Below, one piece after another: positions 57,919-64,000 of a stretch of DNA of 64,000 bases. Numbering within the stretch: position 1 is the first letter of the stretch; every line of letters starts with the position of its first letter. A model generated the notes under the pieces. That model worked only from the letters and a program-made list of their open reading frames with translations. It searched no databases and was not told where the DNA came from. The DNA is from a virus. The stretch lies in IMG/VR virus record IMGVR_UViG_3300043772_001004, positions 38,736 to 102,735 of that record. One strand, given 5' to 3'. Both the position numbers and the translations under genes were made by a program.

Positions 57919-58149
57919 ATGAGAAATACAGACTATAAACTTATAACATCTGTCATGGGATTTAATTTAAAGGTCACAGTTAAAGATGAGAATAACCAAA
58001 TGGTTAAAACAGGTATTAAACACACTATTCAACGTGCAGAAGGTAGTATATCTGCATTTAAAAATAGAATAGGTGATAAGAAATGGTTTACTCACTTTAA
58101 TGATGGTCTTTACAACAAAATTCTAGACTACAGAAAAAACAATGATTAA
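57919..58149 (+). CDS. Hypothetical protein
   Basis: ORF track. Confidence 0.6.
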   Translation: MRNTDYKLITSVMGFNLKVTVKDENNQMVKTGIKHTIQRAEGSISAFKNRIGDKKWFTHFNDGLYNKILDYRKNND

Positions 58150-58198
58150 GATTTTTAAGATAGTGTATTCTGTGAATATACTTTTCCAATCCAAATAG

Positions 58199-58226
58199 CA
58201 AGGGGTAGCAATACCCCTTGTTTATT
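58199..58226 (+). terminator. Intrinsic terminator-like hairpin
   Basis: CAAGGGGTA-GCAA-TACCCCTTG plus T-rich tail. Confidence 0.6.
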
Positions 58227-58227
58227 G

Positions 58228-58250
58228 TTAGCTATATATTACAGTATTTT
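58228..58250 (+). repeat. 23-bp intergenic element identical to 32919-32941 (minus strand)
   Basis: TTAGCTATATATTACAGTATTTT at both sites. Confidence 0.8.
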
Positions 58251-58307
58251 ATTTTGTACAAGCAATTCTACTTGATTTTATCACGTATTTTTACTACAGA
58301 ATAAATA

Positions 58308-58580
58308 ATGTTATATCAATTACCTAACGGAAAAGTTGTTCACCTGAGCATTGAAGAATACTTAAGTCTTACAGATTTAGATATACAGTTCTTAATGTCT
58401 ATAGATTATGGTGAACATATCTTAGACCCTTTTACCGGTTCTGCTGTTGAGAAAAACACCAGAGAAAAATATATTGATACAGACTTTCTTCCACTAGAAG
58501 ATTATGACCTTAATGATATACCATCAGATGATTTACCATTTGATGATATCATTGACTTAGAGGATCCACTGGATAACTAG
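58308..58580 (+). CDS. Acidic hypothetical protein
   Basis: MLYQLPNGKVVHLSIEEYL; Asp-rich C-terminus. Confidence 0.7.
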   Translation: MLYQLPNGKVVHLSIEEYLSLTDLDIQFLMSIDYGEHILDPFTGSAVEKNTREKYIDTDFLPLEDYDLNDIPSDDLPFDDIIDLEDPLDN

Positions 58581-58694
58581 TATTGCTAATCGCGATATGC
58601 AATACTAAACACTTATCACTTAGCTTGAGTAACTAATGGTATAGTAAAATCTACACTCAAAAATCTATTTATTAATTTTTTAAAAACAAAAAAG

Positions 58695-59177
58695 ATGAAC
58701 TCTAAAGTAATCGTAACAGCTGACCCTACAACTAATGCAGTAATTAATGTATCACAAAATAAACCTGAATGGGGTTATATCCGTGTACAACAAGTAAGAA
58801 CAATGATTGATGATAATGGTTTCTTGAAAAGAAAAACAGTATCTGCAATTGTTCCTTCTTTACTAGTAGATTTACAAGCATCAGGTTTCTTTGCTGGTCA
58901 GCAATTAGATGGTAAAATTGTGATTGAAGAATCACTTGAGCCATTCAATGATAAAACACCAGAGCGTGATTTAAAAATTGCTGGTGAAACAGGTATTGTA
59001 TGTACATTAGCAGGACAACCAATCTATAGAAGAACTAAATTTTCTTTTGATGGTAATATTTCTGATACTTTAATCAAACATGATAATGTTGAAGAGTTGC
59101 GTGCTGCTTATGCTATTAGTTCTAAACCAAATACTGAAGCATTGAAGAATGCTGCAAGCCAGGATTTTAATCTATAA
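58695..59177 (+). CDS. Putative ssDNA-binding/OB-fold-like protein
   Basis: Beta-rich with C-terminal DFNL tail; function inferred only. Confidence 0.4.
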   Translation: MNSKVIVTADPTTNAVINVSQNKPEWGYIRVQQVRTMIDDNGFLKRKTVSAIVPSLLVDLQASGFFAGQQLDGKIVIEESLEPFNDKTPERDLKIAGETGIVCTLAGQPIYRRTKFSFDGNISDTLIKHDNVEELRAAYAISSKPNTEALKNAASQDFNL

Positions 59178-59186
59178 GATATAAGG

Positions 59187-59744
59187 TTGATGGAAGTAGA
59201 TGGGGCTGGGAAACTGGCCCCATTTATTATGATTTATAATATGAAAATGTATAAAAAAATGGAAAAGTTAAAACAGGAAATTAGAAATTATCAGTTAAAT
59301 GCAGGTAAAACTTACATGCAATATGAATCAGATGGATACTCTCAGTATCAGAACTATTTGTATAAAAGAGCATTGTATGGTTTAAATGCATTGACACAAG
59401 AAGAGCTTGCTTCTATGTGTAGCAAGAAGAAACAAAGAATACTCAATGTTTATAAGCGTGCACAGAAAGTACTTAATGTATTTAAGCAACAAGTAACAAA
59501 TCAGTATAGTAACTATATCTTCAAAACTCTGTTCCCAAAGAGTCCATGGACTGATGATATGCTTGCATATTCAGAGGTAGATGAGAAGTTTACTAACACT
59601 CTAACTTTTAAAGATTTAAATATCTCTAAACAGGATATTATTGGTATCTTTATTACTGAAGGAATCCTTCCTAAAAACTTTTTAAGTTTAAAAGAAGCAC
59701 CAGTAACATTACCAAGATTAAAGCATGAAGTTAAAAGTATGTGA
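59187..59744 (+). CDS. Hypothetical protein (true start probably downstream, ~59259)
   Basis: ORF track; 5' part overlaps a GC-rich hairpin. Confidence 0.6.
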   Translation: MMEVDGAGKLAPFIMIYNMKMYKKMEKLKQEIRNYQLNAGKTYMQYESDGYSQYQNYLYKRALYGLNALTQEELASMCSKKKQRILNVYKRAQKVLNVFKQQVTNQYSNYIFKTLFPKSPWTDDMLAYSEVDEKFTNTLTFKDLNISKQDIIGIFITEGILPKNFLSLKEAPVTLPRLKHEVKSM

Positions 59745-60129
59745 TGCCTGTCAAAAAGAGACAGTAATATGGAAGAACCATGGGGGATTTAAATACTGTA
59801 AATATTGTTGGAGTTGCCAAAAAGCCATTGATAGTGACAGTGTACAGAAACCAACTGACTATAAAATTCCCCAGGTTTCTTCTAAGCGGAAGAAGAAAGA
59901 CCAAGAGTATTTAAAACTAAGAAACAGATTTCTTACTGATTTCAGTCTATGTCAGATTGCAGTAAAAGGTTGTTCTGTTAATGCTACAGATGTACATCAT
60001 ACATATGCTGGTGCTAACAGAGATGCTTTTTACTTAGTACAATCTACATGGCTTGCAGTCTGTAGGAATTGCCATGATTGGGTGCACAGTCACCCAAAAG
60101 AGTCTAGAGCTCTTGGATATTTAAAATGA
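59725..60129 (+). CDS. Zn-finger / HNH-like nuclease (Ref/NinG-like)
   Basis: CxxC pairs; ATDVHH..WLAVCRNCHDWVH. Confidence 0.75.
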   Translation: MKLKVCDACQKETVIWKNHGGFKYCKYCWSCQKAIDSDSVQKPTDYKIPQVSSKRKKKDQEYLKLRNRFLTDFSLCQIAVKGCSVNATDVHHTYAGANRDAFYLVQSTWLAVCRNCHDWVHSHPKESRALGYLK

Positions 60130-60135
60130 TTTATT

Positions 60136-60429
60136 ATGGGATCAAAATCAAACATGATTATTGTACAAACAATATTAGAGTATAATATAGAAAGAAGACG
60201 TGAGTTTAATATACTTAAAGAACAATTAAAAACATGTTGTTGCTTTCCAACTAGAAGAAAAATAAAATTTAGGATGGAGGAGCTTAATAAGATTTTAAGT
60301 AGAGATTATATGCTTCCTAAGTATGACTTAGTTCAAACATTAGGTATTAAGTATAAAGAACTTAAAAAGTATCCAGAGTTAATTGAAATTACAAGAAAGA
60401 AAAAAGAACTTCAAAGACTAGTAGCATGA
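60136..60429 (+). CDS. Hypothetical protein
   Basis: ORF track. Confidence 0.55.
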   Translation: MGSKSNMIIVQTILEYNIERRREFNILKEQLKTCCCFPTRRKIKFRMEELNKILSRDYMLPKYDLVQTLGIKYKELKKYPELIEITRKKKELQRLVA

Positions 60430-60605
60430 GTAAACCAAATAAGAAACAAATTAAAAGTATTGCCGATAAGTCTGAGACTGTTGGTAATGAATTGTATGAT
60501 GAATTTCAAAAAAGTAAAAAACTTGAAACTGCAAAAGTAGCTATAGCAGCATTTAGAAATACTCTTTATGCTAATAGTTTACTAATAAAGAATGAAAAGA
60601 TATAA
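60426..60605 (+). CDS. Small hypothetical protein (59 aa)
   Basis: Not in track. MSKPNKKQIKSIADKSE...; ATGA overlap with upstream gene. Confidence 0.55.
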   Translation: MSKPNKKQIKSIADKSETVGNELYDEFQKSKKLETAKVAIAAFRNTLYANSLLIKNEKI

Positions 60606-60610
60606 AAATA

Positions 60611-61705
60611 ATGAACAGAGAAGAAATACAAGATGAAGCTTTAAAAGCTAGTGAGGGTAAACAAAGATGCACAATTGTACTTGGTACAGGTGTAGGTAAG
60701 ACTCTTGTTGGCTTAAAGCATATGGAGAAACATTATTCTCCATTACAAAGTATTCTGATTGTTGCTCCCAAACTGTCTATCATAAGCTCATGGAGATATG
60801 AGGCTGAGAAATTTGGATTAAGCAAAGTATTGGAAAATGCTAAGTTTACTACTTATCTTAGTTTAAACAAACATAATCCTGGTGAATATGATGCAGTTTA
60901 CTTTGATGAAGTTCACAGTTTATTAGATAGTCACAGATCTTTTCTTAATAATTATGCAGGTAGAGTACTGGGTTTAACCGGTACTCCACCTAAGCATAAA
61001 ACATCTGAGAAAGGTAGATTAGTATCTGAATATTGTCCAGTTGTCTATACTTTTAAGGCAGATGATGCAATAGAATCAGGTATTATTAATGATTATCAAA
61101 TAATTGTGCATGAGATTAATCTTGATACTGCAAAGAACTATAAAGTCTCAACAAAGAATGGTGGTTTTCTTACATCTGAGTTGCAAAACTATGGTTATTG
61201 GGGTACAAGGATTGATACAGCATCAGGGCAACCTCATATACTTAGAGTAATGAGAATGAAAGCTATGATGGAGTATCCAAGCAAAGAAAGATATGCAAAA
61301 GCTTTGTTAAACAGTATAACAAGCAAGTGTATTGTATTTGCTAATACTCAAGAACAAGCTGATAGAATGTGTACACATAGCTATCATAGTAATAATCAAG
61401 ATTCTGAAGAGAATCTGCTTGATTTTAAGAATGGTAAGATAAATAAACTTTCATGTGTGTTGCAATTAAATGAAGGTGTAAACATACCAGGTTTAAAACA
61501 AGGTATTATTATGCATGCATATGGTAATGAGCGTAAGGCTAGTCAAAGAATAGGAAGACTTTTGCGTTTAAATCCAGATGACAAAGCTATTGTGCACATA
61601 CTATGCTATGTAAATACAGTTGATGAGAAATGGGTTAAAGATGCTTTAGAAGACTTTGACCAGAGTAAAATAGTGTGGAGAAGTTATAGCCTACAACATA
61701 CATAA
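60611..61705 (+). CDS. SF2 (DExH) helicase
   Basis: GTGVGKT, DEVH, GLTGTP, LNEGVNIP, QRIGRLLR. Confidence 0.9.
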   Translation: MNREEIQDEALKASEGKQRCTIVLGTGVGKTLVGLKHMEKHYSPLQSILIVAPKLSIISSWRYEAEKFGLSKVLENAKFTTYLSLNKHNPGEYDAVYFDEVHSLLDSHRSFLNNYAGRVLGLTGTPPKHKTSEKGRLVSEYCPVVYTFKADDAIESGIINDYQIIVHEINLDTAKNYKVSTKNGGFLTSELQNYGYWGTRIDTASGQPHILRVMRMKAMMEYPSKERYAKALLNSITSKCIVFANTQEQADRMCTHSYHSNNQDSEENLLDFKNGKINKLSCVLQLNEGVNIPGLKQGIIMHAYGNERKASQRIGRLLRLNPDDKAIVHILCYVNTVDEKWVKDALEDFDQSKIVWRSYSLQHT

Positions 61706-61721
61706 TTCTTATATTTAATAT

Positions 61722-61976
61722 ATGGAAGATGTTAAGACACATAAACTTATTTTGCATAATGACAAGAAGAACACATTTACATATGTAATGGCTTGTCTCA
61801 TAAGATTTTGTGAGCACCATCCAACGCAGGCAGAGCAATGTGCTTTGCTTGCACATGAGATGGGTAAATGCACAGTAAAATCTGGTGACTTACTAGAAAT
61901 GCTTGAGATTTCAGAATCTTTGCGTAATTTAGAGCTTAAAACATCAGTAGAACAGTATGAGAGCAATATGCATTGA
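61722..61976 (+). CDS. clpS: ATP-dependent Clp protease adaptor ClpS (N-recognin)
   Basis: LILHND..NTF.YV..L..QAEQCA..AH..GKC.VK.G, as in Bacteroidota ClpS. Confidence 0.85.
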   Translation: MEDVKTHKLILHNDKKNTFTYVMACLIRFCEHHPTQAEQCALLAHEMGKCTVKSGDLLEMLEISESLRNLELKTSVEQYESNMH

Positions 61977-62232
61977 TGCTTCAAATAGACCAAGTAAAGT
62001 GCCTGAGAATGAGTGGGTTGTAGAAGGTGAAGTTTATACTATCACTAGAATTGTTAGAATGGGATTGCAGGATAATAAATTTGGCGTTCTATTAAAGGAA
62101 GTTAAGCTATCAGCTGAATCTTTTCCTTATGAACTATATGATGCAGAAAGATTCTTACCACTTGATTTATTATCACAAGCATTCACAGAAACTAAAGAAA
62201 CAGTAAAAGAAGCTGACTTAGAACTAATTTAA
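61957..62232 (+). CDS. Hypothetical protein
   Basis: MRAICID..EGEVYT..AERF pattern common in phages. Confidence 0.65.
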   Translation: MRAICIDASNRPSKVPENEWVVEGEVYTITRIVRMGLQDNKFGVLLKEVKLSAESFPYELYDAERFLPLDLLSQAFTETKETVKEADLELI

Positions 62233-62236
62233 ATTT

Positions 62237-62692
62237 ATGGTAGAAGATTTATATGAACTTAACAAAGTTGTAAATCAAGATATAGTTGAGATTATTGATA
62301 AATATCAACTAAATACAAAAAGTAGAAAAAGAGAAAAAGCTTACATGAGATACTATCTCTATGATGTTTTAAAAAAGAGGAGATTTCTTACACATGCAAT
62401 GATTGGTATGTTTTTTAACCGTGATCATTCATCAGTAACTCTTGGTCTTCAAGAACATGAGTATTGGTGGAAGCATAAAGATATTGACTATTTAAAAGCT
62501 ATTCAACCTATAGTAGATATTATTGATATGAGAAAAACTGATTTGGGTTTATTTGGTATTAAAACAAACTACATTGATGTTGAAGAATCTCAGATAGTAA
62601 TCACTGGTAACTTTAATCTTAATCTACTTGACAAACTTCCTGAAAAAATGACCAAAGAAGAATTATTGAATGTCTTTAAAATAATAAACTAA
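62237..62692 (+). CDS. DnaA domain IV-like HTH protein
   Basis: KSRKRE..R..IGMFFNRDHSSV resembles DnaA RDHTTV. Confidence 0.65.
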   Translation: MVEDLYELNKVVNQDIVEIIDKYQLNTKSRKREKAYMRYYLYDVLKKRRFLTHAMIGMFFNRDHSSVTLGLQEHEYWWKHKDIDYLKAIQPIVDIIDMRKTDLGLFGIKTNYIDVEESQIVITGNFNLNLLDKLPEKMTKEELLNVFKIIN

Positions 62693-62922
62693 TGGGAAGA
62701 ATGAAAGAAGCATACATTCAAATAATGAATGAGAATGGCGGTATACCAGAAGACATGACTCTTGGAGACATGTTAAGAATGAAAGAATTAAACATTTATC
62801 ATTGGCAAGAGTATGAAAGAGCGCAAGAAAGAGCCAGACTACAATCTAATAAACAAACAGATTTGGGAGAGGCTGCAAAAGATTCTGAAGGAGAGCCCAT
62901 CAGAAGAGAAGAAAACAATTAA
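62692..62922 (+). CDS. Hypothetical protein (MGRMKE N-terminus)
   Basis: ORF track. Confidence 0.6.
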   Translation: MGRMKEAYIQIMNENGGIPEDMTLGDMLRMKELNIYHWQEYERAQERARLQSNKQTDLGEAAKDSEGEPIRREENN

Positions 62923-62934
62923 AAAACCAAAAAA

Positions 62935-63195
62935 ATGAAAAAATTATTGTTAGCATTTATTTTAGTTAGTGCTGTATTAACTTCTTGTAATAAAGAGAAG
63001 TTCTGTAAAAATTCTACTTGCGGAACTATTGTAAATGATGAGATAACATTTGATGCTGCAGGTAATGCGTGTTATTCTCTATCAGTTAAAAATAAGTGTT
63101 CAGATAATGTAAAAACATTTTGTTTTGATTATAGCACTTGGTTTGATGGAAATATTGGAGAGGAGTTTTGTGTAGAAGGGACAACCCCTTGGTAA
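62935..63195 (+). CDS. Lipoprotein
   Basis: Signal peptide with lipobox VLTSC; Cys-rich. Confidence 0.75.
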   Translation: MKKLLLAFILVSAVLTSCNKEKFCKNSTCGTIVNDEITFDAAGNACYSLSVKNKCSDNVKTFCFDYSTWFDGNIGEEFCVEGTTPW

Positions 63196-63224
63196 TTATT
63201 ATTTAAATTTAAAAAATCAAAAAA

Positions 63225-63671
63225 ATGAAAAGTTTATTATTAGGTTTATTATTAGTGGTATCAGGAACATGCATGTCACAGGTTAAAATAGAAGTTAAAG
63301 AGAAGTCATATTTATACTTATTAACCACAACATATGAGATAATACCTTCAAGTGATGGTACTACTACTTATTATCAAAAAATATTTCTGACAGGATATGA
63401 ATATCCTACAATACGGGAAGGATTTTATATAAATAGTATTTTTACAGATATAAATGGATTAGTAAAACATTATACTGAACTTGTTAATCTTGAAAATTTG
63501 GAAGATGGGGAGTATAACTTATCTGCTCGTGTTAGGGGTGGCATACATGCAATTAAAACAGGTAGTAAAATTAAATTAAAAGACGGCTATAATATCTATA
63601 ATTATGGAAAATATAAGATAGAAGATATCAAGACTGACCTAGCTTTATTAAAATCAATGTCAGGATTATAG
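63225..63671 (+). CDS. Secreted hypothetical protein
   Basis: Signal peptide ending ..CMS-Q (Bacteroidota-style Gln start). Confidence 0.65.
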   Translation: MKSLLLGLLLVVSGTCMSQVKIEVKEKSYLYLLTTTYEIIPSSDGTTTYYQKIFLTGYEYPTIREGFYINSIFTDINGLVKHYTELVNLENLEDGEYNLSARVRGGIHAIKTGSKIKLKDGYNIYNYGKYKIEDIKTDLALLKSMSGL

Positions 63672-63672
63672 T

Positions 63673-63867
63673 TTGAAACACTTTGTTAAATATCTAGTGG
63701 TATGGATAAGCCAAAACTTATCCATACCATTTTGGATGGTAGGTCACATACATTTATCAGTAAATGTGTATGAAGACATCCATGAGATATTAATGTCATT
63801 TGGTATGAACCTCATAGTAGCTATAGGATTTACTATAGATTACTTAGAACAAAGAAAACAAAAATGA
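63673..63867 (+). CDS. Small membrane protein
   Basis: Two hydrophobic segments; TTG start. Confidence 0.55.
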   Translation: MKHFVKYLVVWISQNLSIPFWMVGHIHLSVNVYEDIHEILMSFGMNLIVAIGFTIDYLEQRKQK

Positions 63868-64000
63868 AAGTACTACTAATATTTGCCGTGTTGTTCAGCT
63901 TTGTAGATCCTAATCCTTTAGTTACTAAGGGAAGAGTAAGCTACTATGGACAACATTGGACAGGAAGATTAACTGCTTCCGGAGAAAGATTTCATGCAGA
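63864..64000 (+). CDS. RlpA-like lytic transglycosylase (DPBB), partial
   Basis: Signal peptide then GRVSYYG..GRLTASGERF, the RlpA signature. Confidence 0.8.
   Translation, partial: MKVLLIFAVLFSFVDPNPLVTKGRVSYYGQHWTGRLTASGERFHA

Overview
AT-rich segment of a large Bacteroidota-infecting podophage with Crassvirales (crAss-like) gene organisation, read in the standard genetic code. From 1 to ~52.3 kb everything is on the minus strand (late/structural region). Reading right to left in transcription order it holds: small accessory genes (HExxH protein, an ATE1/Bpt-like aminoacyl-tRNA-protein transferase, GroES-like, DUF3310-like); fibre and decoration genes, three sharing an MDILNFISW N-terminus; a lysis cassette (u-spanin-like, holin, amidase); a PD-(D/E)XK nuclease; TerL, portal, scaffold-like and major capsid genes; a block of small, very basic proteins; a ferritin-like protein; Cys-rich structural genes; HU/IHF, tail ring and muzzle genes; and giant putative ejection proteins (one with SET and HExxH domains). 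A C-rich tract at ~52.5 kb marks the strand switch. The plus-strand region has small early genes, tRNA-Arg(UCU), several candidate structured ncRNAs, a Janus/PHPT1-like domain, an HNH-like nuclease, an SF2 helicase, ClpS, a DnaA-domain-IV-like protein and a partial RlpA-like gene. Top hypothesis: a phage-encoded N-degron (N-end rule) toolkit of transferase, ClpS, tRNA-Arg and an adjacent HExxH protein, possibly linked to pervasive [FYM]-x-x-G-G motifs in virion proteins. Also notable: tandem tRNA-shaped ncRNAs and a ~300-nt structured RNA with GNNUUU repeats. All family calls come from motif recognition by eye; no searches were run.
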